DNA of 56,877 nucleotides from Candidatus Enterousia avicola (GTDB lineage Bacteria; Pseudomonadota; Alphaproteobacteria; Rs-D84): NCBI GenBank assembly GCA_018714345.1, contig DVNO01000012.1, positions 1 to 56,877 of the forward strand, read 5' to 3'. Shown piece by piece: positions 10,901 to 19,594 of this stretch (position 1 is its first letter; each line of letters starts with the position of its first letter). The notes under the pieces were generated by a model. It saw only the letters and a program-made list of their open reading frames with translations, ran no database searches and was not told where the DNA came from. The position numbers and the translations under genes were made by a program.

Positions 10901-10981
10901 GAAAGAAACAAAACCTAGAACTACCCAAAACAAAACGAACATAATTGTTGTAACAGGTCTACGAACAAAAAACTTTAACAT
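7916..10981 (-). CDS. RND-family (AcrB-like) transporter with an atypical TM4
   Basis: 1021 aa; FVRRPV, YPGAASSEIE, NVPGG, VVVFLP..MSG..G; two large periplasmic loops. Confidence 0.93.
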   Translation of the reverse strand: MLKFFVRRPVTTIMFVLFWVVLGFVSFPKMNIERTPSVDFPMVTATFIYPGAASSEIESQVIKRAEDAMSEVSELKKLTSQAFENGGFVMAEFNLGVDVNDKATEVKTKLDSLISEFPEAMEQPIVEKLNPLEESVVDIAVSGSNLRDLQEYVDDTLSNQITGISGVASVTVFGGETRAIRIEMNPELLAARGATVMDVVSALGARNLNVPGGKIEFGTDSSNVRFIGEFSSVDEIANLQLTTVEGQKFKLKDIATITDSARDIENGARYNGKDVIIASVVKASDGNAVNVSKDLREKMPELQASLQERFPDATMEIISDSSIAVADDTYSTIWGIVLGVLFTVLVLLVFTRNWRSTIIAGIVIPASLIAGFFFMDASNFTINAMTLLAYSSALGTLVSNAIILIESALQEMRAGKDPESAAIDGTKKVAVSVLAGVGTNVVVFLPLAFMSGIAGQFMNQFGLTVVYLTLLSLLFSFTLTPMMIAKFLRLTQGKTSKKMQNVKTVSATVVAEKSENKKAKDKSWLRRWFDYQYVHSGRVVIMAIVALIASAMLMKFVGNEFAPSTDANEINITARAPMGATYEKSAEIAKQIEEKLKDFDDVTAVSVKIGDRGLQNMAIKLTLKDVSERSVSDKELARQILPVLSEIPDVELQVRAGQAISSGAVSADIVLNVFGADDEKRTAYANQILDMINDIPEVQSAVLAQQKPGYETQFVPDQEKMNFWGINNSYAGMTLRTALYGNDDYKYKENGEEYPIILEFAEPFKTKGMFENLFVNSQKGMVPLSELGSIQVVPATPDISRIDKNRITEIDINIGKSTMGPVQKKIEAALAKIDWESGYGTEFGGMSEIQEETTTEIGNAFLLAVILTYMLLAAILNSLAHPFTIATSIISSFTGVFILLFLSGASMNVGAMLAFVMLVGLVVNNNILVLEPTIVRVSQGERPYEALWTELKSKQSMVLMTSIAVMAGMVPQLWSTDGMKVAMAAVMIGGMFASLVFTFVLTPALFFLVERGKEKVKKLLH

Positions 10982-11010
10982 TGTAAAAGCTCCCTAAAAA
11001 ATATGTGTGT

Positions 11011-11607
11011 TTATTTTATTATTTGTACTTTATCGCCGGCAGAAATCTTAGACAGAATGACGACATCACCGTCTTGCAAACCGTCTACTAATGCTTTATC
11101 TACGTCCTGCCTAATTATTTTCACATCTCGCGGTGTTGCAATGCCATTATCATCTATCATTACAATACCGTCATTAACTGCGTATAGTGGGACAAAAAAA
11201 CCAACTGTTTCAAATTCTGCATATTGCAAGCCATCATCAACACCGCTAGTACGCACAATGTGCATACCTGTATTCAAATCAACATCTTTTGATACAGAAA
11301 TTATTTTACCCTTACCTACGCGTTGACCCGCCTTTAATTTATCTACACGGTATGTAGAAACTAATGCCGTGTTATTTTTTACAGCAATTGGTTCTTTTAA
11401 TACCCCAGATTCTTTATGAACACTTGTGGCAAAAACCGGCGCGCCTTCATCAGCAGAATACCTAGCTGTATTAAAAACAGCACGGGAATTTTCTGCCCCA
11501 ATTGCCGTGAACCGAAAAACGACCCAGCCAATTAAAAGTACTGCACACGTCCAATAAACTACGTTCTTAAACTTTTTAGTTTTCATTTTATCAAATATTT
11601 TTTTCAT
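11011..11607 (-). CDS. truncated periplasmic adaptor (membrane fusion) protein
   Basis: N-terminal TM, GKIISVS.DVDLNTG, VP..AV and GLQDGDVVI MFP motifs; lies between tolC-like and RND genes. Confidence 0.8.
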   Translation of the reverse strand: MKKIFDKMKTKKFKNVVYWTCAVLLIGWVVFRFTAIGAENSRAVFNTARYSADEGAPVFATSVHKESGVLKEPIAVKNNTALVSTYRVDKLKAGQRVGKGKIISVSKDVDLNTGMHIVRTSGVDDGLQYAEFETVGFFVPLYAVNDGIVMIDDNGIATPRDVKIIRQDVDKALVDGLQDGDVVILSKISAGDKVQIIK

Positions 11608-11609
11608 CT

Positions 11610-12944
11610 TTATTCACCCAACTTTTTTACAGATTCCGCTGACATTAAAATATTGTACTTCGCATTTAATAGCGCCATATCTAGCTGATATAACCCAGCA
11701 GAGACCTCTGACAACTCAACTGCTGATGTTTGGCCAGACGCAAATCTTTCACTAGAAAAGTTATATGCTTTGGCAGCTAAATCCCTGGCGTTCTCTAAAG
11801 TTTTTAAGTTTCCACGTAAATGATTGTACTGGTCAATAGCACGCGTATATTCTTCCGTTGTCATTTTTTTGGACTTATCCAAGTCTTGGCGTGCAGCCTC
11901 GGCATTCATTGCCTCAATAGTTGCATTCGCCATGTTTGCACCACCACTGAAAATTGGTACCTGTAAAGCCAGTCCCCAATAAGCAGACTGAGTACTAAAA
12001 TCATTGAATACATTTGGTATGTTATCACCCATCGCAATGTAATTGTAAGACGCCGTCGCAGCAAGCGTTGGTAATGCACCATCTCGTTTTGATTTGGCAT
12101 TGCGTTCGTACATTTGAACCTGTTCATTCAATACATCCCATTGCGGGGTAGATGTCAATGCTTTCGCATTTAAATCCGGAAATTCTTTCGGGAATTCATC
12201 AGTTAAATTTAATTCCTCGTCCATATCAATACCAGCCAAAATCTTTAACATTCTGTGCGCCGTATCGCGATTAAACTCTGCATTAGATAAATTTATTTCT
12301 TTGGTTGCTATGTCCGATTCTATCTTTACCAAATTACTACGATTTGCACGACCTGCAGAAGTCAAACTTTTCCTTGCAGACTTAGCTGCTTCTAAATCCT
12401 GACGAGAAATATCAACAATTTCGTCCGTCATTTTAGCAGTCCAATATATATCTGCCGCACTATAGCGAACCTCGCGACGAGTAACTTCTTCACCCGCCTC
12501 GGCCATTTTTATCGCAGACTTAACGCTTTTTACCGCGTTGCCTATTTTTCCAAATGTATAAATGGGCTGCGTAACGGAAACACCTGCCATAACAATACTA
12601 TCAGACACATCCCAACTAGCAGGCAGTTCAACAGGCTTTACCAAATATTGAGACAAAAGCCCGCTAAGTTCTGGCGGAATAGAAACTTCATAAGACCCAA
12701 AAGGCTTTTCAACATTGACCAAATTCATGTATGTGGCCGTGCCTTCAATTTTAAACCAACGGTTTGCATTGGTAGCATCCAAAGTAGCCTCGGCCTTTTT
12801 TACATTAGCTTCAGCTTTTTTTATATCCTGCGACTCGGTCATAATCATATTAACCGCGTCATTTAAAGACAAATCCATTGCATAAACATCACCAGCCGCC
12901 GCAACCAAGGACAACATAAATGCAGACATACAAATTTTACGCAT
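11610..12944 (-). CDS. TolC-family outer membrane efflux protein
   Basis: Signal peptide, LSLNDAV, and two OEP repeats (QPIYTFGK; VPIFSGG; ERFASGQTSAVEL). Confidence 0.92.
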   Translation of the reverse strand: MRKICMSAFMLSLVAAAGDVYAMDLSLNDAVNMIMTESQDIKKAEANVKKAEATLDATNANRWFKIEGTATYMNLVNVEKPFGSYEVSIPPELSGLLSQYLVKPVELPASWDVSDSIVMAGVSVTQPIYTFGKIGNAVKSVKSAIKMAEAGEEVTRREVRYSAADIYWTAKMTDEIVDISRQDLEAAKSARKSLTSAGRANRSNLVKIESDIATKEINLSNAEFNRDTAHRMLKILAGIDMDEELNLTDEFPKEFPDLNAKALTSTPQWDVLNEQVQMYERNAKSKRDGALPTLAATASYNYIAMGDNIPNVFNDFSTQSAYWGLALQVPIFSGGANMANATIEAMNAEAARQDLDKSKKMTTEEYTRAIDQYNHLRGNLKTLENARDLAAKAYNFSSERFASGQTSAVELSEVSAGLYQLDMALLNAKYNILMSAESVKKLGE

Positions 12945-13386
12945 TTGATAACTCCATTTTAGTCAGAATACCATTTATTGTTTTTAAAGATTTCGTTAAC
13001 GAATCTTCATCGGAACGAGATAATTTAGAAAATAACATTTCAATCGTATTACGCATACTCTCTATTGCCTGATTAGCAACCTTTTCACCAGCCTTTGTTA
13101 CTGAATACCATGTATTTCTACGATCGTTCTCGTCAATTTTTCTAAGGACCAAACCATCACGTTCCAACTTTCTAAACGCTGCGCATAGATTTGGCGCTGT
13201 TGCCATTTCTCGTCTAGCAATGTCTTTTAATTTTGCCGGTCCGCCCATATGCAAACGCACTAAAATACTTAACTGTTGCCGCGGATAGCCAGCAAAAACA
13301 ACAGGATAACGCTTTAATTTATCCGACAATCTATCTAGTATAAAAATATTCGCCTCTAACAAATTTATAAATTCTTTCCGCGCCAT
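12937..13386 (-). CDS. MarR-family transcriptional regulator
   Basis: Winged HTH with KLERDGLV.R..DENDRR....VT..G. Confidence 0.92.
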   Translation of the reverse strand: MARKEFINLLEANIFILDRLSDKLKRYPVVFAGYPRQQLSILVRLHMGGPAKLKDIARREMATAPNLCAAFRKLERDGLVLRKIDENDRRNTWYSVTKAGEKVANQAIESMRNTIEMLFSKLSRSDEDSLTKSLKTINGILTKMELSNA

Positions 13387-13433
13387 TTTAGACTCTTTTA
13401 ATTGTTCGTTAAACCATAATCATTAAAAACCTG

Positions 13434-13465
13434 AATTATTATATTATTTAATAATTTAAATGCAA
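13434..13465 (-). promoter_or_regulatory. marR-efflux operon promoter with overlapping palindrome
   Basis: TTGCAT-N16-TATAAT on the minus strand; AATTATTA-N7-TAATAATT inverted repeat at 13434-13456. Confidence 0.55.
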
Positions 13466-13527
13466 GAGTAAAAGTAATCTTTTTTTTGAAAAATTCAACT
13501 AATAAAAAACACGCATAAAAAATATTA

Positions 13528-13555
13528 TTGCAAAACGCTAAAAGATAGATATAAT
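13528..13555 (+). promoter_or_regulatory. sigma70 promoter of tRNA-Gln
   Basis: TTGCAA-N16-TATAAT, 12 nt upstream of the tRNA. Confidence 0.7.
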
Positions 13556-13567
13556 CTTAGAAGCTTT

Positions 13568-13641
13568 TGGGGTGTCGTCTAATGGTAGGACAAGAGATTT
13601 TGGTTCTCTTTATCATGGTTCGAATCCGTGCGCCCCAACCA
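13568..13641 (+). tRNA. tRNA-Gln(UUG)
   Basis: Acceptor stem TGGGGTG/CGCCCCA (U1-A72), anticodon arm AGAGA-TTTTGGT-TCTCT, GGTTCGAATCC T-loop, encoded CCA. Confidence 0.96.
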
Positions 13642-13667
13642 ATATTTGAACCGCCATTGCGGCGGCT

Positions 13668-15068
13668 TTATTTTCCTTTACATTTAAATACTGTATCCAA
13701 AGCCGTTTGTCTGCTTTCCATGACTTTGTCATATTCTATCTGCGCGCGTGTCTTTATATTGTTCTGAACTAAAAATTTTTCCTGCCCAGCAATATATTTT
13801 GCTCGTCCATGTTCGTCTAAACCCGCAACAACATTCCCGTATGGCGTTGAAAAGGACCCCGGGGAATAACCTAATTCCCACGACAGTCGAACCCTGTCTG
13901 CATCCCATAAACATGCAGAAACCAAATCCGTACACGCACGCCCAACCGTATGCGTTTTTGCTGCATTAATTATTTCCTCTACCTCAACCGGCAATAAATT
14001 AGGATAATTATCTGCCAAAAATTTACGCGCAATTGGTTCACAGTTTGCCCCATGCGCCTCGCAACATTCATCCTTAACGCTCGCGCAATCATGTAAAGAA
14101 GCGGCTAATATTACTGGCAAAGGATCTTGACGTACAGAAAGTGCGAAATCAAGCCCCATAATACCTACTTGCGCAGTATGCCCCATACCATGACAACCAT
14201 ATTTCGGCTGTTTCGTAATCCGCTCTATCTTAGGCAAAATTTCGGAAAATAGTAATTTAGAATAATACAATTTTTCTCGCAAAATTTGTCTGAAATCGCT
14301 TGGTCTAAGTAAAACGTTCCTATGCTCCGCAAATAACTCTATTTTGTCAGCCATACTTTCTAATCTATTAACCATCTCGTTACGCAATAAATATTCTTCA
14401 TTTTCTGACAAGAACCTTTGACCATCAAACTTCATCTGATTATCAATGTTAGCGCGCGCTCTGATTTCATAAGGTTTATCCAGACGAATTATACTATCGG
14501 ACCTGAACGGTACATATGAAACATGCCCCGTATCTTCATAATAATTTGTGTAATGAAAACCATCAAAACCAATGGATTCAAAGTAATGTATCATGCGTTG
14601 AAAAAACAAATGCTTCCTATCAAATTCTTCTGAATAAGAGCTGTCTTTAGCTACCTCATACAAATTATCTGTTTCTAGTTCCTTTCTTACACTCGATATT
14701 GTTCCCTTGGCAAAAGGTTCACATACAATATAATCATATGCAGAGCTTACTTTGCTTCGTTTCAACTCTTTTATAAAGTGGTATAACAAAACCTCGCGAT
14801 AGTACCCAATGTTATGTATCGCATTTACATCTTGTAATTCATACGTATTTTTCAAATTTAATTTTACAGGAATAATATAACTTGGATCACCTGTCCGCGT
14901 ACGAGAAACAGCCACATATCCACTTCGGTTTTCTTCCTTTTTTAAACCGTTGCTAGCCATTTCTTTAGCCGCATATATAGACCCAAAATGAGACAATGGC
15001 TTAAATCTAGAAAAATTACTATATGTTCCATGAAAAAAAACTTTATCTGTGGCTAAAAAACGCGTCAT
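13668..15068 (-). CDS. ADP-ribosyltransferase-like (ART-PolyVal type) domain fused to an HD phosphohydrolase domain
   Basis: N-terminus: FFHGT, HFGS..AA, IPVKLNLKN, GFDGFHYTNYYED.G..SYVPF. C-terminus: HGMGH, LHD, HG, HT, LWDADR. Own TTGACA-N17-TACTTT promoter and AGGAG RBS. Confidence 0.75.
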   Translation of the reverse strand: MTRFLATDKVFFHGTYSNFSRFKPLSHFGSIYAAKEMASNGLKKEENRSGYVAVSRTRTGDPSYIIPVKLNLKNTYELQDVNAIHNIGYYREVLLYHFIKELKRSKVSSAYDYIVCEPFAKGTISSVRKELETDNLYEVAKDSSYSEEFDRKHLFFQRMIHYFESIGFDGFHYTNYYEDTGHVSYVPFRSDSIIRLDKPYEIRARANIDNQMKFDGQRFLSENEEYLLRNEMVNRLESMADKIELFAEHRNVLLRPSDFRQILREKLYYSKLLFSEILPKIERITKQPKYGCHGMGHTAQVGIMGLDFALSVRQDPLPVILAASLHDCASVKDECCEAHGANCEPIARKFLADNYPNLLPVEVEEIINAAKTHTVGRACTDLVSACLWDADRVRLSWELGYSPGSFSTPYGNVVAGLDEHGRAKYIAGQEKFLVQNNIKTRAQIEYDKVMESRQTALDTVFKCKGK

Positions 15069-15178
15069 TATAAACTCCTAGCAACCAACGGGAAAGTAAC
15101 ACAATATAAAATATTTGTCAACAATCAATATTTAATATTTGCAAAAAGTAAAAAAAATGTTATTATACCTGCGGTTTT

Positions 15179-15254
15179 GGTCCCATCGTCTAGCGGTCTA
15201 GGACGTCAGATTCTCATTCTGAAAACACGGGTTCGATTCCCGTTGGGACTGCCA
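15179..15254 (+). tRNA. tRNA-Glu(CUC)
   Basis: Acceptor stem GGTCCCA/TGGGACT, anticodon arm TCAGA-TTCTCAT-TCTGA, GGTTCGATTCC, encoded CCA; upstream TTGCAA-N16-TATTAT. Confidence 0.95.
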
Positions 15255-15376
15255 AGCTTTTTACTTTTATTCCTATTTTCCCAAACAATCTGTGACTTTT
15301 ATGGTTAGTTTGTCTATCTTTTGTGTTGACAACTGATTTTTTTGTATTATATAACAGGCAAAAAAAAGAGGACATC

Positions 15377-15952
15377 ATGCAAAAAAAGAGAGCAAGTTTA
15401 AAAAAGATATTAGCTATTTCTTCGACCACCCTTTGCGTAGCCGCAATTCCTTCTATTTGTTTCATGTTATCTATACTAAATTCTGATTTACCGAACAACC
15501 CAAACGAAGACCTTCGTAACAACAGGGAATTTGTACGATATATGAATCAAACATACCTTAATACTTACGACACAACGGTAAAAAAGACACGTAATAGTCC
15601 AGAATACAAAGCTGCACAAAAAAAGTTGACTTTATTGGAAAGCAAGGGTTTTAATGCCACGAACAGCCAAGAATATAAGTTAACAGAAGACAGACTTCAT
15701 TTCTTAATGGATTCTTCTTTGAATCAAAATCAAAAGCTTGTAGAAATATCAGAAGCGTTAAATAAGGCTTATTCAAATATAGAAATACTGGAAGGCGATA
15801 GCGCAAGACGTGATTCTATACGCCGACTGCCAATTGATCAGCGCTTTAAGAAAAATTGGTTGCAGTTTATGTTGGATATAAATCAATCCAGACAAGAAGA
15901 ATATGCCAAACGCGTAAAGGTATTAGAGAACAAACTTCAAAACTATAAATAA
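15377..15952 (+). CDS. hypothetical protein with N-terminal TM/signal and helical body
   Basis: ATG at 15377 with GAGG RBS; TTGACA at 15326; terminator follows the stop. Confidence 0.75.
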   Translation: MQKKRASLKKILAISSTTLCVAAIPSICFMLSILNSDLPNNPNEDLRNNREFVRYMNQTYLNTYDTTVKKTRNSPEYKAAQKKLTLLESKGFNATNSQEYKLTEDRLHFLMDSSLNQNQKLVEISEALNKAYSNIEILEGDSARRDSIRRLPIDQRFKKNWLQFMLDINQSRQEEYAKRVKVLENKLQNYK

Positions 15953-15981
15953 AAATAAGCGCCATAATGGCGCTTATTTTT
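15951..15981. terminator. bidirectional intrinsic terminator
   Basis: AAAAATAAGCGCCA-TAA-TGGCGCTTATTTTT. Confidence 0.85.
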
Positions 15982-16360
15982 ATACAGTCTTTAAAAGATT
16001 CTTTGCGCCTTCTAATAAACTTATCACAACATCTAATTTATCAGAATCCTGTTTGGATTGGGGTTTAACACTTTCAGAACTAACAGATATTTCTTGTGTA
16101 AATTCATCTGCAGTTTTAGGTAAATTTCCCTCTCTTAATAACTTCTTTACACCGGCAATCGTCAGGCCTTGTTTATAAAGCAAATCACGAATTACAATCA
16201 ATCTATCAACCGTTTCTGCACGGTAATAGCGTCGCCCACCCGCCCCAGTAGTTGGACGTATAGCCACAGGGAATTGCTTTTCCCAATAACGCAAAGTATG
16301 CGCCGGTACGGACAAGCGTTTTGACACTTCGTTTATAGATGCAAAATATTCGTTATCCAT
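15980..16360 (-). CDS. MerR-family transcriptional regulator
   Basis: SINEVS..L.VPAHTLRYWEKQF...P...GGRRYY..LLY..GLTIAGVKK. Confidence 0.92.
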   Translation of the reverse strand: MDNEYFASINEVSKRLSVPAHTLRYWEKQFPVAIRPTTGAGGRRYYRAETVDRLIVIRDLLYKQGLTIAGVKKLLREGNLPKTADEFTQEISVSSESVKPQSKQDSDKLDVVISLLEGAKNLLKTV

Positions 16361-16381
16361 ATCAGCGCTTCCTTATTGTTT

Positions 16382-19126
16382 TTAATTTTCCGCAACCTCG
16401 GCCGCTTCTGCATTTACTTCTGCTTCTTCACCCTCGTCACTTAGGATTGATATTGCAGAAACAACGCGCTCGTTCTCAGCCGTACGGAACAGCGTTACAC
16501 CCGCCGTGCTTCGACCAGCAATCCTAACATCTTTTACAGGTGTACGGATTATCTTGCCACCATCTGTTACCATAATGATATCATTATCATCCGCAACAGG
16601 GAAAGATCCCGCAACAGCTGTATTCTTGCCACCTAACTTAATGTTAGTAAATCCGCCACCACCACGATGCGTGGTACGATACTCATAAGAACTAGTACGT
16701 TTACCGAAGCCGTTTTCAGAAATCGTCAATATAAACTGTTCGTTTGCAGCCATTTCTTTCATCTTGGCTTCGTCCAAAACTAATGATGTTGCTTCTTCTT
16801 CGTCATCAGCCTCTTCTTCTATACCAGTCTCGGCCCTGCGCGCTGCACGACTCTGCTTCACATATGCCGCGCGTACAGCAGCGTCAGATTCACCATGATT
16901 CAACATAGCCATACCGATAATGCGATCATCTTTACCAAGCGTCATGCCACGTACACCCGTTGAATTTCGTCCAGCAAATATACGAATTTCTGGCACTGGG
17001 AATCTTATGCAACGACCACGATACGTCGCCAGGAACACATCTTGATCTTCATTACATGGCAATACAGAAATCAAAGAATCGCCCTCATCCAGCTTCATCG
17101 CTATCTTACCATTTGCACGTATTGAATCAAAGTCAGACATGCGATTACGACGAACCGTACCAGACGCTGTTGCAAACATTAAGAAATGTTCTTTGCCAGA
17201 CGCTTTTACACGTTCTACATCTTCTTCTGGAACGGGCAATATTGCCGTTATGGTTTCACCATTTTCCAAAGGCAGCAGATTCACTAATGGACGACCTTTT
17301 GCAGACGCGGCCGCCTCTGGCAACTTATAGGTCTTTAACTTGTAGCACAAGCCCTTTGAACTGAAGAACAGCAGCGGTGTATGAGTATTTGCAACAAACA
17401 CCTGAACAACATAATCGTCATCTTTTGTCGTCATAGCATTGCGCCCCTTGCCACCGCGCTTTTGTGCACGGTACGTATCCAAAGACACACGCTTGATATA
17501 ACCCGTATTAGATACAGTTATAACCATATCTTCACGAGCAATTAAGTCTTCTATATCTATGTCTATTTCCGCATCAGAGATTTCTGTACGTCTTGGGCTG
17601 GCCCAATTATCACGAACCATTGTAGTTTCATCACGAATAATTTGAATTATACGTTCATGACTACCCAAGATGTCTAACAAGTCTTTTATCTGCGCACCTA
17701 ATTCAACCAAATCTTCGTGTAATTTATCACGTTCCAAACCTGTCAAGCGATGTAACTGCAATTCCAAAATCGCACGCGCCTGATCATCAGACATATAAAA
17801 CATGCCATCTTTATATTCTGTGTTCGGATCATCTATCAATTGAATATAATTTTCAATATCTGACGCACGCCAACCGCGTGATACCAACGCTTCTCGTGCA
17901 GCATCTGGATTCGCACTAGACTTAATAAGTTCAATAACTTCGTCCAAATTACCAACCGCAACAGACAAACCTAATAAGGTATGTGCACGATTACGGGCCT
18001 TGTTCAAATCAAATATAGTGCGTCGACGAATAACCTCGCATCTAAAATCAATAAACGCATCCAGAACCCCGCGAACATTAAACAACATTGGACGGCCACG
18101 ATTTAAAGCCATCATGTTAACTGGGAAATTCGTCTGCATCTCTGTGTACTGGAACATATGATTCAGCACCACGTCTGCTATTGCGTCACGCTTTAATTCT
18201 ATAACAATACGTAAACCTTCTTTGGAAGATTCATCACGAATTTCTGAAATACCCTCTATACGCTTATCTTTGCTTAATTCCGCAATTTTCATAATTAATT
18301 GCGCTTTATTTACCTGATAAGGTATTTCATCAACAACTATTGCCTGATGATCATGGAAAGTCTCCATATGTGTTTTTGCGCGAACAATTATTGAACCACG
18401 CCCCGTTGTGTGTGCTTTATACGCACCAGCACGCCCCATGATAACCGCACCAGTTGGAAAATCTGGGCCAGGAATAATGCCAAACAATTCATCGTCTGTC
18501 AGTTGGGGATTATCTAATATTGCCAAAATACCATTACAAATTTCACCCAAGTTATATGTAGGTACATTTGTTGCCATACCAACCGCAATACCAGAACCAC
18601 CATTTACCAAGAAGTTTGGGAATTTTGTAGGCAACACAACGGGCTCTTGCAATGTACCGTCAAAGTTAGGCTGCCAATCAACCGTATCTTTATCCATGTC
18701 GTCCATCATGGATGCGCCAAGCTTTGACAAGCGCGCCTCAGTATAACGCATAGCCGCAGCTTTGTCCCCGTCGCGAGAACCAAAGTTACCTTGCCCTTGA
18801 ACCAACATTTCCCCCATAGAGAAATCTTGTCCCATACGTACCATAGCCACATAAATAGAACTATCACCATGTGGGTGATATTTACCCATAACATCACCAA
18901 CTATACGTGCAGACTTTACGGTTGGTTTGTTCGCTGGTGCCACATCATTCATAACATACAAAATACGACGGTGCACTGGCTTACAACCATCGCGTACGTC
19001 TGGCAACGCACGGTCAACAATTACCGACATTGCATAGTCTAAAAAGCTTGTCCGCATTTCATGTTCTAGGGAAGATTGCGGAATTTTTATTTCGTTTACT
19101 TCATTGATATTATTTGTTTCTGACAT
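16382..19126 (-). CDS. gyrA: DNA gyrase subunit A
   Basis: [24 protein letters not shown] (catalytic Tyr) and GyrA-box QKRGGKG. Confidence 0.99.
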   Translation of the reverse strand: MSETNNINEVNEIKIPQSSLEHEMRTSFLDYAMSVIVDRALPDVRDGCKPVHRRILYVMNDVAPANKPTVKSARIVGDVMGKYHPHGDSSIYVAMVRMGQDFSMGEMLVQGQGNFGSRDGDKAAAMRYTEARLSKLGASMMDDMDKDTVDWQPNFDGTLQEPVVLPTKFPNFLVNGGSGIAVGMATNVPTYNLGEICNGILAILDNPQLTDDELFGIIPGPDFPTGAVIMGRAGAYKAHTTGRGSIIVRAKTHMETFHDHQAIVVDEIPYQVNKAQLIMKIAELSKDKRIEGISEIRDESSKEGLRIVIELKRDAIADVVLNHMFQYTEMQTNFPVNMMALNRGRPMLFNVRGVLDAFIDFRCEVIRRRTIFDLNKARNRAHTLLGLSVAVGNLDEVIELIKSSANPDAAREALVSRGWRASDIENYIQLIDDPNTEYKDGMFYMSDDQARAILELQLHRLTGLERDKLHEDLVELGAQIKDLLDILGSHERIIQIIRDETTMVRDNWASPRRTEISDAEIDIDIEDLIAREDMVITVSNTGYIKRVSLDTYRAQKRGGKGRNAMTTKDDDYVVQVFVANTHTPLLFFSSKGLCYKLKTYKLPEAAASAKGRPLVNLLPLENGETITAILPVPEEDVERVKASGKEHFLMFATASGTVRRNRMSDFDSIRANGKIAMKLDEGDSLISVLPCNEDQDVFLATYRGRCIRFPVPEIRIFAGRNSTGVRGMTLGKDDRIIGMAMLNHGESDAAVRAAYVKQSRAARRAETGIEEEADDEEEATSLVLDEAKMKEMAANEQFILTISENGFGKRTSSYEYRTTHRGGGGFTNIKLGGKNTAVAGSFPVADDNDIIMVTDGGKIIRTPVKDVRIAGRSTAGVTLFRTAENERVVSAISILSDEGEEAEVNAEAAEVAEN

Positions 19127-19208
19127 ACTAGATTTTCCCTTGTTTTTAACAAGTAAAGCATAGCAAATTTTTTAACTTTTGGTCAAGACATAAACCCTAA
19201 AAAAAACA

Positions 19209-19236
19209 TTGACAAAACCACCGTTTGTAGTACAAT
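19209..19236 (+). promoter_or_regulatory. sigma70 promoter
   Basis: TTGACA-N16-TACAAT, 9 nt before the ATG at 19246. Confidence 0.7.
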
Positions 19237-19245
19237 AAGTGGGCT

Positions 19246-19431
19246 ATGACAAAAATTGAAAAAATATTAAGCGAAGTACGCCAAGACACAAAATCATTGG
19301 CAGAAGATGAAAGCTGTGACATTTTTACAAGGGCTCAACTAACAACTATGTTGTGGACATTAACAAAGATGGAAGATTTGTTAAGGGCTAAAAATAATTT
19401 CCTTTCTCGTGTTCGTGAAAGAAAGAAATAA
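19246..19431 (+). CDS. small helical hypothetical protein
   Basis: 61-aa ORF directly behind a near-consensus promoter. Confidence 0.6.
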   Translation: MTKIEKILSEVRQDTKSLAEDESCDIFTRAQLTTMLWTLTKMEDLLRAKNNFLSRVRERKK

Positions 19432-19442
19432 AAGGGCAAGGC

Positions 19443-19538
19443 ATGTTTTTACCTTTATGGCGACTTTTTACTGCTTTGTTTATATACTACATGATGTTAG
19501 AAGGGTTAAAAAAAGTAGGTTTAATAAAATCTAAATAA
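19443..19538 (+). CDS. putative 31-aa hydrophobic peptide
   Basis: MFLPLWRLFTALFIYYMMLEGLKKVGLIKSK*, preceded by AAGGGCAAGG; below the ORF-track cutoff. Confidence 0.4.
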   Translation: MFLPLWRLFTALFIYYMMLEGLKKVGLIKSK

Positions 19539-19594
19539 AAATGTTGCGTTTTTATAAAACCTGTGATTAAATAGGGGCACAAAAGGATTTCATT

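Noticed and set aside
13567-13767. 66-aa ORF here, plus ORFs at 15214..15522 and 56316..56522
   Set aside because: They overlap tRNA-Gln, tRNA-Glu and 5S rRNA respectively; spurious
13568-15254. Integrative element or prophage at the tRNAs
   Set aside because: No integrase, no duplicated tRNA 3' end and no phage genes found
16740-16900. Acidic insertion in the GyrA CTD (EEEADDEEE)
   Set aside because: A common feature of proteobacterial GyrA; not an intein and not novel
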